Origin: an uncultured Bacteriovoracaceae bacterium
GTDB lineage: Bacteria; Desulfobacterota; Desulfomonilia; UBA1062
Length of the DNA stretch: 64,000 nucleotides
Assembly (NCBI GenBank): GCA_964572405.1
Contig: CAZNGL010000002.1
Span: forward strand, 1,061-65,060
Direction: 5' to 3'
Positions 46,809-57,383 of this stretch are shown here, piece after piece (position 1 is the stretch's first letter; the number at the start of each line of letters is the position of its first letter). Both the position numbers and the translations under genes were made by a program. Under the pieces are notes generated by a model. The model worked only from the letters and a program-made list of their open reading frames with translations, made no database searches and was not told the DNA's origin.

Positions 46809-47987
46809 ATGGCCAAGGTACGAAAGGGAGTCGAGGTATCCATCGCCATCGCCGACGCCGTGGCGCAGGCTGACGTGGACGTGATCGCGGCCTATCCCAT
46901 CACGCCCCAGACACACATCGTGGAGCACCTGTCCGAGATCGTGGCGGACGGTGAGCTGGACGCGGAGTTCATACCTGTGGAGAGCGAGCACTCGGCCATG
47001 AGCGTGTGCTGCGGGTCGTCGGCCGTGGGCGCCCGCACGTTCACCTCCACGAGCTCGCAGGGACTCGCGCTCATGAGCGAGATCTTCTTCATCGCTGCCG
47101 CCATGCGGCTGCCCATGGTGATGGCGCTGGCGAACCGTTCGCTTTCGAGCCCGCTGTCCATCTGGAACGACCACTCCGACGTGATGATGGTGCGGGACGC
47201 GGGGTGGATCCATGTATTCGTGGAGAACGGGCAGGAGACGTACGACAACATCTTCTGCGCCTTCCGGATGTCGGAGGACCCGGAGGTGATGCTGCCCGTG
47301 GCGGTGAACCTGGACGGGTTCATCCTGACGCACATGATCGAGCCGGTCATGTACGAGGACGACGAGCTCATCCGGAAGTACCTGCCGCCCTTCAAGATGA
47401 AGAACGCGCTGCACCCGGACAACCCCGTGTCCATGGGGTGCTTCGGCATGCCCGAGATCTACACCGAGGCGCAGATGAACCGGGAGACGGGGGTGAGGAA
47501 CTCCTACCCGCACATCATCAGGGCGTGGGACGAGTGGGGCAGGCTCACCGGGAGGAACTACCATCCCGTGGAAACCTACCGCGCGGACGACGCGGAGTAC
47601 TGCATCGTGACCATGGGCTCCTACGGGGAGACGGCCATGGAGGTGGTGGACACGCTGCGGGAGCAGGGCGAGAAGGTGGGGGTGATCAAGATCCGGCTGT
47701 GGAGGCCGTTCCCCTTGGAGGAGTTCCGCAAGGCCGCGCTCGGCAAGAAGCACCTCATCGTGCTCGACCGGGCGATCTCCTTCGGGACCCAGGGAGGCCC
47801 GGTGGCCACCGAACTGCGTTCCGCCCTCTACGGCAAGCCCGGCGCCCCGAGCGTCGTGAACTACGTGGCGGGCCTTGCGGGCAGGGACGTGTCGAGGAAG
47901 GACTTCACGAACATCATCCTTGAAGGCAGGAAGAAGGCGGCCTCCGGCGATACCGAAGGCTTCACCCTGTACGGGTTGAGGGGCTAG
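46809..47987 (+). CDS. 2-oxoacid:ferredoxin oxidoreductase alpha subunit, operon 2
   Basis: AYPITPQTHIVEHLSE N-terminal motif. 392 aa. Confidence 0.85.
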   Translation: MAKVRKGVEVSIAIADAVAQADVDVIAAYPITPQTHIVEHLSEIVADGELDAEFIPVESEHSAMSVCCGSSAVGARTFTSTSSQGLALMSEIFFIAAAMRLPMVMALANRSLSSPLSIWNDHSDVMMVRDAGWIHVFVENGQETYDNIFCAFRMSEDPEVMLPVAVNLDGFILTHMIEPVMYEDDELIRKYLPPFKMKNALHPDNPVSMGCFGMPEIYTEAQMNRETGVRNSYPHIIRAWDEWGRLTGRNYHPVETYRADDAEYCIVTMGSYGETAMEVVDTLREQGEKVGVIKIRLWRPFPLEEFRKAALGKKHLIVLDRAISFGTQGGPVATELRSALYGKPGAPSVVNYVAGLAGRDVSRKDFTNIILEGRKKAASGDTEGFTLYGLRG

Positions 47988-47998
47988 GGAGACTCAGC

Positions 47999-48931
47999 AT
48001 GGCAAAGACGTCTGTTTCATCTCCGAAGAATGTAGAGCGGGCCGAGTACCTTGCGTCGGGTCACCGGGCGTGCCAGGGGTGCGCGGAGGTCCTGGCGGTA
48101 CGGCTGGTCCTGAAGGCGCTCGGCAAGGACACCATCGTGGCCATGGCCACGGGATGCATGGAGATCATCACGTCGCCGCTGCCCATCACATCGTGGCGGG
48201 TGCCGTGGATCCACAACGCCTTCGAGAACCCTTCCGCGGTGATCTCGGGGTGCGAGGCCGGGATGAAGGCGATGATGCGCAAGGGAAAGCTGCCGCAAAA
48301 GAAGATCAACTTCGTGGGCATGGGGGGCGACGGGGCCACGGCGGACATCGGCTTCGGGCAGCTGTCCGGGGCGCTCGAGCGCGGCCACGACATGATCTAC
48401 GTGTGCTACGACAACGAGGCCTACATGAACACCGGGATCCAGCGGTCGTCGTCCACGCCGTACGGTGCGAGCACCACCACGAGTCCTGCGGGGAAGAAGA
48501 GCATCGGGCAGCAGACGCAGAAGAAGAACATGGTGGAGATCTGCGCGGCGCATGGCATACCCTACGTGGCCACGGCGTGCCCGAGCTTCCCCTTCGATCT
48601 TTTGGACAAGGTGAAAAAGGCATCCGAGACACCGGGGCCGGCATACATCCACATCCTGTCGGTGTGCCCCACGGGGTGGAGGATCCAGCCCGCCGACGCC
48701 ATCAAGTACGGTCGGCTGGCCGTGAACTCCTGCGTGTTCCCGCTCTATGAAGTGGTGGACGGGAAGCACCGGCTCACCTACAAGCCCTCCGAGAAGAAAC
48801 TCATCCCGGTCTCGGAATACCTCGGCGGCCAGGGCAGGTTCAGGCACCTCACCGACAAGGACATCGAACAGATCCAGGCCGCGACCACCCGCACCTATGA
48901 ACGTCTCCTCAGACTGAGCGAGCAGGAATGA
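47999..48931 (+). CDS. 2-oxoacid:ferredoxin oxidoreductase beta subunit (TPP-binding), operon 2
   Basis: GGDGATADIG...CYDNEAYMNTG TPP motif. CQGCAE cysteines. Confidence 0.85.
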   Translation: MAKTSVSSPKNVERAEYLASGHRACQGCAEVLAVRLVLKALGKDTIVAMATGCMEIITSPLPITSWRVPWIHNAFENPSAVISGCEAGMKAMMRKGKLPQKKINFVGMGGDGATADIGFGQLSGALERGHDMIYVCYDNEAYMNTGIQRSSSTPYGASTTTSPAGKKSIGQQTQKKNMVEICAAHGIPYVATACPSFPFDLLDKVKKASETPGPAYIHILSVCPTGWRIQPADAIKYGRLAVNSCVFPLYEVVDGKHRLTYKPSEKKLIPVSEYLGGQGRFRHLTDKDIEQIQAATTRTYERLLRLSEQE

Positions 48932-48981
48932 CATGACAGGTAGGGGCCGGATACCGACCGGCCTGATCCATACGCTCAGAA

Positions 48982-49012
48982 AGGCCCGCTGGACCAGGCG
49001 GGCCTTTTTTTG
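48982..49012 (+). terminator. Rho-independent terminator after OFOR operon 2
   Basis: AGGCCCGC tggaccag GCGGGCCT followed by TTTTTTT. Confidence 0.6.
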
Positions 49013-49027
49013 GGCTGGATGCATACA

Positions 49028-49057
49028 TTGACAGGGGCTGAATTTATTGGCTAGCAT
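49028..49057 (+). promoter_or_regulatory. Candidate sigma-70 promoter for ffh (-35 TTGACA, 18 bp, -10 TAGCAT)
   Basis: TTGACAggggctgaatttattggcTAGCAT about 35 nt upstream of the ffh ATG. Confidence 0.3.
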
Positions 49058-49089
49058 AGGGCTCCTTCATCATCTTCAGGAGAAAGAGC

Positions 49090-50559
49090 ATGCTGGAACT
49101 GATTTCTGATGGATTTCGAAAGGCCCAGGACATTCTCCAGGGCAAGGTCGTCATCCAGGAGAAGCATATCGAAGACGCGGTCAAGGAGATCCGCCTTTCG
49201 CTCCTGGAAGCGGACGTGGAGTTCCATGTGGTCAAGGAGTTCATCGACCACGTGAAGGAGAAGGCACTGGGGGAGATCGTCCACACCAAGGTCGCCCACG
49301 GCGGGAAAAAGATGAAGGTCTCCCCTGAGAACCACTTCGTCAAGATCTGCTACGACGAACTCGTGGGACTCATGGGGCCGGTGGACACCTCCCTGAAGTT
49401 CGGCGGGAGGGCGGTCAATGCCGTCATGATGGTGGGACTCCAGGGCAGCGGCAAGACCACCACCACGGCCAAGATCGCCCGGTTCATCCAGAAGCAGGGC
49501 AGGAAGCCCATGATGGTGGCCGCCGACATCTACCGGCCCGCCGCCATCGAGCAGCTCAAGGTTCTCGGCAATCGACTGGACATCCCGGTGTTCCATGCCC
49601 CGGGCAAGACCCCGCCGCAGATCTGCAGGGACGCCATGGAGGCGGCCCAGTTCAAGGGCTGCAACGTGGTGCTCTTCGACACCGCGGGCCGCACCATCGT
49701 CGACGACACCCTCATGCAGGAACTGGAGGATATCAAGGCTGCGACGAACCCGGAAAACATACTGCTCGTGGTGGATGCCATGATCGGCCAGGAATCCGTC
49801 AACGTGGCCAGGGAGTTCGACCGGAGGCTCGACCTCTCGGGGTTCATCCTCACCAAGCTCGACGGCGATGCCAGGGGCGGTGCGGCGCTGTCCATCAAGG
49901 AAGTGACCAAGAAGCCGGTGAAGTTCCTCGGCATGGGCGAGTCACTGGACCGCATCGAAGAGTTCCGGCCTGAAGGGCTCGCGTCACGTATCCTCGGGCA
50001 CGGGGACATCGTGGGCCTGGTCAAGGACTTCGAGGAGGTCATGGACGAGAAGAAGGCCGAAGAGGATGCAGAGAAGCTCCTGAGAGGTGACTTCACCTTC
50101 GACGACTTCCTCAAGCAGCTCAAGGTCATGAAGAAGATGGGCTCGCTCACCGACATCATCGGCAAGCTCCCCCTGGGCCAGTTCGGCATGCCCCAGGGGA
50201 TGAAGGTGGACGACAAGGAGATCGTGCGGGTGGAGGCCATCATCAGCTCCATGACCACGCATGAGCGGAATCACCCGGACTGCCTGAACGACAGCCGCAT
50301 CAGCCGGATTTCGAAGGGGTGCGGCCAGCCCCGGCCCAAGGTGGTGGAGCTCATCGCGCGGTTCAACACCATGAAGCAGGTCATGCTGGGGCTCGGCATG
50401 GGCAAGAAGAAGGTGCTGGGCAAGCTCGGCGTGAACCCGAACATCGCGGGGGTGTTGGAGAAGGGGGCGCCCAGGCCGCCCAAGAAGAACCTCGTGGACC
50501 TCAAGAAACGCAGGGACAAGAAGAAGACAGCGAAGAAGTCAAAGAAGCGCAACCGCTAG
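49090..50559 (+). CDS. ffh: Signal recognition particle protein Ffh
   Basis: N/G domains with GLQGSGKTTT P-loop, DTAGR and TKLDGDARGG. Met/Lys-rich C-terminal M domain. Confidence 0.9.
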   Translation: MLELISDGFRKAQDILQGKVVIQEKHIEDAVKEIRLSLLEADVEFHVVKEFIDHVKEKALGEIVHTKVAHGGKKMKVSPENHFVKICYDELVGLMGPVDTSLKFGGRAVNAVMMVGLQGSGKTTTTAKIARFIQKQGRKPMMVAADIYRPAAIEQLKVLGNRLDIPVFHAPGKTPPQICRDAMEAAQFKGCNVVLFDTAGRTIVDDTLMQELEDIKAATNPENILLVVDAMIGQESVNVAREFDRRLDLSGFILTKLDGDARGGAALSIKEVTKKPVKFLGMGESLDRIEEFRPEGLASRILGHGDIVGLVKDFEEVMDEKKAEEDAEKLLRGDFTFDDFLKQLKVMKKMGSLTDIIGKLPLGQFGMPQGMKVDDKEIVRVEAIISSMTTHERNHPDCLNDSRISRISKGCGQPRPKVVELIARFNTMKQVMLGLGMGKKKVLGKLGVNPNIAGVLEKGAPRPPKKNLVDLKKRRDKKKTAKKSKKRNR

Positions 50560-50581
50560 GGGCAATCTCGAAAAGGCCGAC

Positions 50582-52576
50582 ATGGGGAACAGGGAGTCCA
50601 TGGAGAGCAAGGAGCTGATCATCTTCCGGAGGATCAACGAGGCCATCTCGCTGTCCCCCGATGTGGAGGCCGTGGCCCGGGCCATCCTGGATATCGTCAT
50701 CGACTGCACGCCCGGGGAGAATGCCTCCATCATGATGCCAGGTTCAGACGGATCGCACCTGGAGATTAAGGCGGCCAAGGGCAGGAAGGACAAGAAAGGC
50801 AGGTATTCCGAGAAATCCCTGGGCCAGGTCTTCGCCATGGGCGAGGGCATCGCGGGCACGGCCGCCTCCACCAGGAAATCGGTGATCATCCACGACACCT
50901 CCACGGACACCCGCTTCCAGGCCCGCAACAGCAAGGTCAGCGTCGGCTCCATCCTGAGCCTGCCCATGATCTACAGCAAGGACGAGCTGGTGGGCGTGCT
51001 CAACGTGAGCCACCCGAGCCCCCATGCCTTCCATGAGGACGACCTCGGCATCATCTCGGGGCTGCTGTCGCCTGCGGCCCTGGCGCTGAGGAACGCACGG
51101 CTCATGCGGGAGGTGGACGAGGTCAACAGGATGCTCAAGGCCGAGCTCTCCATGACGGACAAGGCCATGGCGGAATTCGGCAGGAGCATCCTCAAGGTGT
51201 TCAACTGGATGTCCATCGGCGTGCTCACCACCGACCCGAAGGGATCCATCTCCACCATCAACAAGCGCGCCTGCGAGATGCTGGGCAAACGGGCCGGGCA
51301 GAGCATCACGGACGTGGTGGGCAGCGAGATCATCCAAGCCATCGTGTCCCGCAAGGAAGGCCTGTCCCTGGACGTGGAACGCTCTGGCAGGATATACAGC
51401 TTCGATCTGTCCCTCCTCCCGCTGAAGCCCACGTGGCAGGTGGTGGCGTGCGTCAGGGACGTGACCGTGGAACGGTTCAAGGAGAAGGAACTCGTCCGGG
51501 TCAAGGACCAGTACAAGGACATGGTGGAGAAGGCCATCGACGCCGTCTACATCATCCGCAACGGCCGTTTCCTCCTGGTGAACCGGAAGTTCCAGGACAT
51601 GCTCGGCTACGAACCGGACGAGATCCTGAACCGGCATTTCCGGCACATCCTGCCCCGGGAGTCGCTCCACACCCTTGCCCTTGCCCTGCGCACCGTCAAG
51701 GGGAACATCTTCGTGCCCAACCTGGAGATCCAGGCCATCCGGAAGGACGGCCAGACGGTCTTCCTGGAAATCAGCATCGGCAGGATCATGATCGACAACG
51801 ACGAGTGCTACGTGGGGGTGGTCCGGGACATCACCAGCAAGAAGGAACTCCTCACCATGAAGACCCGGTTCCTGAACGTGGCATCCCACGAGATCCGGGT
51901 GCCGCTCACCGTGATCCGGGGCTACGGGAGGATGCTGGCGCGGGACACGGAATGCGCGCTCACCGACGGGCAGCGGGAGTGCATCGACGAGATCGAGAAG
52001 CAGTGCGAGAAGCTGCTGAGATTCTCCAACTCGCTCCTGGATTTTGCCAAGGTCCATTCCGAGAAGTTCACCCTGAACAGGGAACAGGTGAACATGGCGG
52101 ACTACATCAGGGGAATCACCCGGAATCTGCAGATCAGCGCAAAGGAAAAGAACGTCACGATCCTGTTCAGGGATCTCGGCGGCGTGGAGACCCTGTGCAT
52201 CGATCCCATCCGGTTCGAACAGGCCCTGACGAACCTCATCGACAACGCGGTGAAGCACTCCCCCGAGGGGTCCGAGGTGGAGGTGACCCTGTCGCTGGCC
52301 CGGTCGGACAGCGAGAGCCTGAGGATGTTCTTCCACCAGGAAAGTGCGCTGATCTCGGTGCAGGACCAGGGGCCGGGCATCAAGACCGACGAGGCCCGGG
52401 AGCTCTTCAAGGACTTCTTCGTGGGCACCAGCGGCAGGGCCAAGGGCGGCATAGGCCTGGGCCTGGCCATCACCCGGGAGATCGTCCATGCCCACGGAGG
52501 ACAGGTGGAGGCGCGTTCATCCGATAAGGGCGGGCATTTCATCGTCACAATACCCTTGAAGTGGCAAGATTATTAA
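50582..52576 (+). CDS. Cytoplasmic GAF-PAS sensor histidine kinase
   Basis: GAF (N-terminal), two PAS-like segments, H-box SHEIRVPLTVIRGY, HATPase N/G boxes (LIDNAVKHSPEGS ... GGIGLGLAITREIV). No TM helices seen. Confidence 0.8.
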   Translation: MGNRESMESKELIIFRRINEAISLSPDVEAVARAILDIVIDCTPGENASIMMPGSDGSHLEIKAAKGRKDKKGRYSEKSLGQVFAMGEGIAGTAASTRKSVIIHDTSTDTRFQARNSKVSVGSILSLPMIYSKDELVGVLNVSHPSPHAFHEDDLGIISGLLSPAALALRNARLMREVDEVNRMLKAELSMTDKAMAEFGRSILKVFNWMSIGVLTTDPKGSISTINKRACEMLGKRAGQSITDVVGSEIIQAIVSRKEGLSLDVERSGRIYSFDLSLLPLKPTWQVVACVRDVTVERFKEKELVRVKDQYKDMVEKAIDAVYIIRNGRFLLVNRKFQDMLGYEPDEILNRHFRHILPRESLHTLALALRTVKGNIFVPNLEIQAIRKDGQTVFLEISIGRIMIDNDECYVGVVRDITSKKELLTMKTRFLNVASHEIRVPLTVIRGYGRMLARDTECALTDGQRECIDEIEKQCEKLLRFSNSLLDFAKVHSEKFTLNREQVNMADYIRGITRNLQISAKEKNVTILFRDLGGVETLCIDPIRFEQALTNLIDNAVKHSPEGSEVEVTLSLARSDSESLRMFFHQESALISVQDQGPGIKTDEARELFKDFFVGTSGRAKGGIGLGLAITREIVHAHGGQVEARSSDKGGHFIVTIPLKWQDY

Positions 52577-52614
52577 TGTATTTTGAAGCCGGAAAATTAT
52601 AGGGTTGGGTGGTG

Positions 52615-54033
52615 ATGAAAGAGAATATCCGGATACTGATTGTCGATGACGACGAGAGTATCCGCAGGTACATCGTCAAGCTGCTGACGCAGGGCGGGTA
52701 CGATGTGTCTGCGGTTTCCAGCGGCAAGGAGGCCCTGCGCGAACTGAGGGCAGGGCAGGAGTTCTCCCTGGTGATCCTCGACATCCTCATGCCTGACATG
52801 GACGGCCTGGAGACCCTCGGGGAGATCAGGAAGATATCCAAGGATCTGCCGATCCTCATGCTCTCGGCGCTCGGCCAGACCAACATCATCGTGAAGGCCA
52901 TGAAGGCCGGAGCCACCGATTACCTGGTGAAGCCCTTCGAGGAGGACGAGCTCGATCTGGCCATCACCAAGTCTCTGGAGAAGCGCAAGCTGCTTTCCGA
53001 GATCTCGAGCCTTCGCAAGCAGCTGCGGGTGGACGAGCTCAAGGGGGAGTTCATCTACAACAGCCCCAAGATGCAGAAGGTCAAGGAACTCGTGGATCAG
53101 GTTGCCGAGACGGACGTGAGCGTGCTCATCGAGGGCGAGAGCGGCACCGGCAAAGAGCTCGTGGCCCGGGCCCTGCACTACAAGTCCCGCCTCAGGGACA
53201 AGCCCTTCGTCAAGGTGAACTGCGCCGCGCTGCCCCATGACCTGCTGGAGTCGGAGCTCTTCGGGTACGAGCGGGGGGCCTTCACCGGCGCCTACCGGTC
53301 CAAGCCGGGCAAGTTCGAACTGGCGAACAACGGGACCATCTTCCTGGACGAGATCGGCGAGATGGACATGGCCATCCAGTCCAAGCTCCTGCAGGTCCTC
53401 CAGGAGGGTACCTTCTCCCGCCTGGGCGGCAAGCAGGACGTCCAGGTGAACGTCCGCGTCATCGCCGCAACCAACCGCGACCTGAAGAAGGCCATCGAGC
53501 AGGGGACGTTCCGGGAAGACATCTACTACCGGCTCAACGTGGTGAGCGTCAACATCCCCCCCCTGACGGACCGCAGGGAGGACATCACCTACCTCTTCGA
53601 ATACTTCCTGGACACGTACAACGAGAAGTACGGCAAGAACATCCAGGTGAACAAGGACGAGCTCTACCCCATGCTCGTGTCCTATCCATGGCCGGGCAAT
53701 GTCCGGGAGCTCAAGAACCAGGTCAAGCGCCTTGTCATCCTGGGAAACATCGACGAGATGGTCCAGTATCTCAAGGGCAGCGCCGCCGTGGTCATGGAGA
53801 AACGGTCACTGGAGATCCGCGACAGGGGTCTCGAGGTCCCGGCTCCCAGCGATCCGGCCGAGATCACGCCGCTCAAGCTCGCCGCCAAGGAGGCCACCCT
53901 GAAGGCCGAGCGGGACATGATCCTAAAGGCGCTGCGCGGAACGAACTGGAACAAGAAGAAGGCGGCCCATCTCCTGCAAGTGAGCTACAAGGCGCTTCTG
54001 TACAAGATCAAGGAATGCGGTATCGAGAAATGA
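52615..54033 (+). CDS. Sigma-54-dependent response regulator (NtrC family; PEP-CTERM-locus PrsR-like)
   Basis: Receiver (ILIVDDDESIRRY...ILDILMPDMDG). AAA+ with GESGTGKEL and GAFTGA. C-terminal HTH. GTG-GTG-ATG start region. Confidence 0.85.
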   Translation: MKENIRILIVDDDESIRRYIVKLLTQGGYDVSAVSSGKEALRELRAGQEFSLVILDILMPDMDGLETLGEIRKISKDLPILMLSALGQTNIIVKAMKAGATDYLVKPFEEDELDLAITKSLEKRKLLSEISSLRKQLRVDELKGEFIYNSPKMQKVKELVDQVAETDVSVLIEGESGTGKELVARALHYKSRLRDKPFVKVNCAALPHDLLESELFGYERGAFTGAYRSKPGKFELANNGTIFLDEIGEMDMAIQSKLLQVLQEGTFSRLGGKQDVQVNVRVIAATNRDLKKAIEQGTFREDIYYRLNVVSVNIPPLTDRREDITYLFEYFLDTYNEKYGKNIQVNKDELYPMLVSYPWPGNVRELKNQVKRLVILGNIDEMVQYLKGSAAVVMEKRSLEIRDRGLEVPAPSDPAEITPLKLAAKEATLKAERDMILKALRGTNWNKKKAAHLLQVSYKALLYKIKECGIEK

Positions 54034-54047
54034 AAGGGGGCACGACG

Positions 54048-54593
54048 ATGAAGAGGAGCATGGTCCTGTGTCTGCTCGTGTGGATGGCGCTGCCGGTGGC
54101 CGTCATGGCCGAGGAGTCCGCGTACCTCATCGGTGCCTCCGATCTGCTGGAGATCTCTGTCTGGGGGGAGCAGAACCTCTCCCGGCAGGCATCCGTGAGG
54201 AGCGACGGGTTCATATCCCTGCCGCTGGTCGGCGATGTCCTCGCAGTCGGCAGAACCCCGGTGCAGCTCAAGGCGGATCTCGAATCCCTTCTGGCGAAAT
54301 TCATCAAGGACCCGCGCTGCGCGGTTATCGTCCTGGAGCCGAGGAGCAAGCGGTTCTATGTGCAGGGCCAGGTCGCGACCCCGGGACAGTACACCCTTGA
54401 CAAGGACCTCACGCTGACCCAGGTCATCCCCATAGCGGGCGGGTTCACCCAGTGGGCCGACGAGGACGATATCGTCATCCTCCGTGAGGAAGGGGACAGG
54501 AGAGTCAGGCTGGAGATCGATTACAACAGGATCGTCAAAGGCAAGGACCAGGATGTCCCCATCAGACCGGGAGATACCATCATAGTCCCGTGA
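54048..54593 (+). CDS. Periplasmic polysaccharide export protein (Wza/EpsE-like, PEP-CTERM-locus type)
   Basis: Signal peptide. Polysaccharide export PES motif region (LIGASDLLEISVWGE ... PLVGDVLAVGRTPVQL). AAAGGGGG RBS. Confidence 0.7.
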   Translation: MKRSMVLCLLVWMALPVAVMAEESAYLIGASDLLEISVWGEQNLSRQASVRSDGFISLPLVGDVLAVGRTPVQLKADLESLLAKFIKDPRCAVIVLEPRSKRFYVQGQVATPGQYTLDKDLTLTQVIPIAGGFTQWADEDDIVILREEGDRRVRLEIDYNRIVKGKDQDVPIRPGDTIIVP

Positions 54594-55840
54594 GGAATAT
54601 CACGTTTCTTTGCATCATTGCCCTTGCACCGATCCTGGTGCCGGCGGCAGGGTATGCCGCATTCACCTACGAGGCGCATCCGGGGATCTACAACTCGTAT
54701 GAGTACACCGACAACTATTACGGCGGCGTTCGGGACGCCCGGAGCGAGGGAACATACCTCGTGGGTCCGAGCCTGGGCATTACCGCGGTCTCTCCCACGA
54801 TCAATCTGGACTTCACCGGAAGGTACACCAAGAGCTTCCACAGGCGGTTCTCCGAGGATGACAGCCCGGAGGTACACCTGTCGTCCAGCGCATCCTATTC
54901 GGTCCCAAGACAGGTTTCACGTCTGACATACACCTTCACCAGGACGCTGACGCGGGAGAACCTCAGCGAACCCTTCGGCGAGGCCAGGATCCATACCGGA
55001 GGCATCTCCTCGTCATGGGAGCTGACCCGGCGGACATCGCTGCAGCTCGGGTATGATATCACGGCCGAGCGAAGGTCCGGAGACGCGGCGACGGAGGAGG
55101 ACGTGACGTCACATACGGGGAACCTTGGATGCACCCATGCCATGAGTCCGGTGAGTCGGGTGGGCATGACGGTACAGCAGGTGCGCCATGAGTACGAAGA
55201 GAGCGAGAATGTCATCGAGACAGGCGGGACGGTGAGCGGGGGATACGATGTCTCACCGGTCTTCACCTTGGGGGCCGTATCGTCCTACTACCACGAAGAC
55301 CGAGGCGACCTGCCGGGTGAGGACCGCTATGACGCACGCCTCACCGGGAACTATGCGTTTCCCAGGGGAATAACCCTGCGCATGGAGGGCGGCTGTCGCT
55401 GGCTCGTCACGGAAGGACAGGACCGCGAGACCGGATTTGCGGGCAGCGCATTCCTGGCCAAGGATCTGGAGCACGACAGATTCAGCCTGCGTGTTGCCAA
55501 GGAGTACACCTCGGAGTTCACCACGAACCGCTACGGCACCTATGACACCACCTCCGGATCCTTCGAGTGGCACAGGGACATTGACAGGGGTTTATCGACC
55601 GCTGCAAGATACTCCGTTGACAGGCGAAGGCCCGTCAGGGGAACCGATGATGAGGACCAGACGGACGACAATGCCGGATTCACCATCGACTGGAATCCTG
55701 TCGAGGCGTATGCCCTTTCCTGGGACCCCATCGAAGAAGTCCTCGTTACCCTGGCCTATAATCATCTCAGAACCAAATATGAGACTTCAGGCACGGCCCG
55801 GGAAAACCGATACAGGGTTATGGTAGAGGTGCGATATTGA
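54590..55840 (+). CDS. Predicted outer-membrane beta-barrel protein of the EPS locus (PEP-CTERM-associated OMP-like)
   Basis: Signal peptide. Alternating hydrophobic/Tyr-rich strands. C-terminal aromatic residue (Y). GTG start overlapping the upstream stop. Confidence 0.5.
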   Translation: MRNITFLCIIALAPILVPAAGYAAFTYEAHPGIYNSYEYTDNYYGGVRDARSEGTYLVGPSLGITAVSPTINLDFTGRYTKSFHRRFSEDDSPEVHLSSSASYSVPRQVSRLTYTFTRTLTRENLSEPFGEARIHTGGISSSWELTRRTSLQLGYDITAERRSGDAATEEDVTSHTGNLGCTHAMSPVSRVGMTVQQVRHEYEESENVIETGGTVSGGYDVSPVFTLGAVSSYYHEDRGDLPGEDRYDARLTGNYAFPRGITLRMEGGCRWLVTEGQDRETGFAGSAFLAKDLEHDRFSLRVAKEYTSEFTTNRYGTYDTTSGSFEWHRDIDRGLSTAARYSVDRRRPVRGTDDEDQTDDNAGFTIDWNPVEAYALSWDPIEEVLVTLAYNHLRTKYETSGTARENRYRVMVEVRY

Positions 55841-57372
55841 CGGAACAGGTGAAAAACATCACGATCCAGGACCTCATCGACGCACTCATCAGGAAATGGT
55901 ACTGGGTGAGCATCCCCCTTCTATTCTTTCTCCTGATGGGAGTCTGGTTCTATGTCGTGTACCCAAGGACCTATGAGGCCACCACCCTGATCCTGGTACA
56001 GTCTCAGGAGATTCCCCAGTCCTACGTAGCGGCAACAGTGAGTCAGGATGTGTCGGAGCGGGTACGCACCCTCTCCCAGGAGGTACTCTCCAGGTCGAAT
56101 CTGGAGGCCATCATCAACGAGATGCATCTCTTTAGGGAGGAGAAGAACAAGGGGACGTCCATGGACATCCTTGTAGCTGCCCTTCGTAAGCGGATCACAG
56201 TTAACACCAACGTAGGGCCGCGGAATGAGACGAGCTCGTTCACCATCACCTATAAAGGAAGGGAGCCGAAAGAGGTGGCCGATGTCACCAACCGGCTTGC
56301 CTCTTATTTCATTGACAGCAACCTCAAACTCAGGGCAAGACAGGCCAGTGAGACGACCATCTTTCTGCAGAAACAGCTTGAGGAGCTCAAAGCCCTGCTT
56401 GACAAGCAAGAAGCGCAGGTCCAGGAGTACAGGAACCAGTACATTGGCGAACTGCCTGACCAGCTGCAGAGCAACATCTCCACCATCACCAGCCTCCAGA
56501 TGCGCCTGGAGTCTTCCCAGGCGTCCCTCACCGAGGCCATGAACCGGCGTCTGACCATCCAGGGTCAGCTCTCTTCGGCTGAATCAGGAAGCCCTGGGAC
56601 CATATCCCAGCGGGGACAGCGGATTGCGGAGCTTAGGAACCAGCTCGAAGAGATGAAATCGAGATATACGCCCCAGCACCCGGAGATAAAGAGAATCGAG
56701 GACCAGATTGCAGAACTGGAGAAACAACCAGACAGGAGAACCACGGCCCATGTCGACCCCCGGGTGATGGACCTGAGGACCCAGCTGAACAACGCGAGCA
56801 TCGAGGTGGAGTCGCTCAGGGCGGATGTGAATAGGATAAAGGCCCAGATAGATCAGTACCAGAGCCGGGTGGAAGGCACCCCGAAGCGCGAGCAGGAGCT
56901 TGCAGCGCTCACCAGGGATTACAACATCACCCAGCAGAACTACCAGCGGCTTTTGGACAGGTTCTATGAGGCGAAGCGTGCCGAGGACATGGAGAAAAGG
57001 CAGCAAGGGGAACAGTTCCGCGTCGTGGACTATGCCCATCTGCCCGAGGTCCCGGTGAGCCCGAATCCCATGAGGATCGCGTTGATTTTTCTCACCCTGG
57101 GTCTGGGTACAGGGGCAGGGATCATCATCATGCTCGAGCTGCTCGATTCCACCGTCAAGGGAGTCAAACAGCTTGAACAATGGTCTGGCGAAATTCCCTG
57201 CATCTCCGCCATTCCGCTGGCCATGACGGAAACAGACAAGCACAGGCAGTACCTCATGAACATCCTCTTCCTTGGTATCAACGGGGCCATCATTGTAGTG
57301 GGTGCTGTCATCATAATAGTATCAAAGGTCATGAACCTGGTTATCGACCTGCCCATGCCGCTTCCGTTCTGA
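55837..57372 (+). CDS. Polysaccharide co-polymerase (chain-length determinant, Wzz/GumC-like PCP)
   Basis: N-terminal TM. Long periplasmic coiled-coil. C-terminal TM. No kinase domain (the kinase is a separate gene at 58947). Confidence 0.7.
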   Translation: MTEQVKNITIQDLIDALIRKWYWVSIPLLFFLLMGVWFYVVYPRTYEATTLILVQSQEIPQSYVAATVSQDVSERVRTLSQEVLSRSNLEAIINEMHLFREEKNKGTSMDILVAALRKRITVNTNVGPRNETSSFTITYKGREPKEVADVTNRLASYFIDSNLKLRARQASETTIFLQKQLEELKALLDKQEAQVQEYRNQYIGELPDQLQSNISTITSLQMRLESSQASLTEAMNRRLTIQGQLSSAESGSPGTISQRGQRIAELRNQLEEMKSRYTPQHPEIKRIEDQIAELEKQPDRRTTAHVDPRVMDLRTQLNNASIEVESLRADVNRIKAQIDQYQSRVEGTPKREQELAALTRDYNITQQNYQRLLDRFYEAKRAEDMEKRQQGEQFRVVDYAHLPEVPVSPNPMRIALIFLTLGLGTGAGIIIMLELLDSTVKGVKQLEQWSGEIPCISAIPLAMTETDKHRQYLMNILFLGINGAIIVVGAVIIIVSKVMNLVIDLPMPLPF

Positions 57373-57383
57373 GGGGAGGGACG

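Noticed and set aside
52561-52614. Possible sigma-54 promoter (GTGGCAAGATTATTAATG) upstream of the sigma-54 response regulator at 52615.
   Set aside because: GG is present but no GC dinucleotide at the -12 position with correct spacing. It fails the TGGCAC-N5-TTGC geometry.
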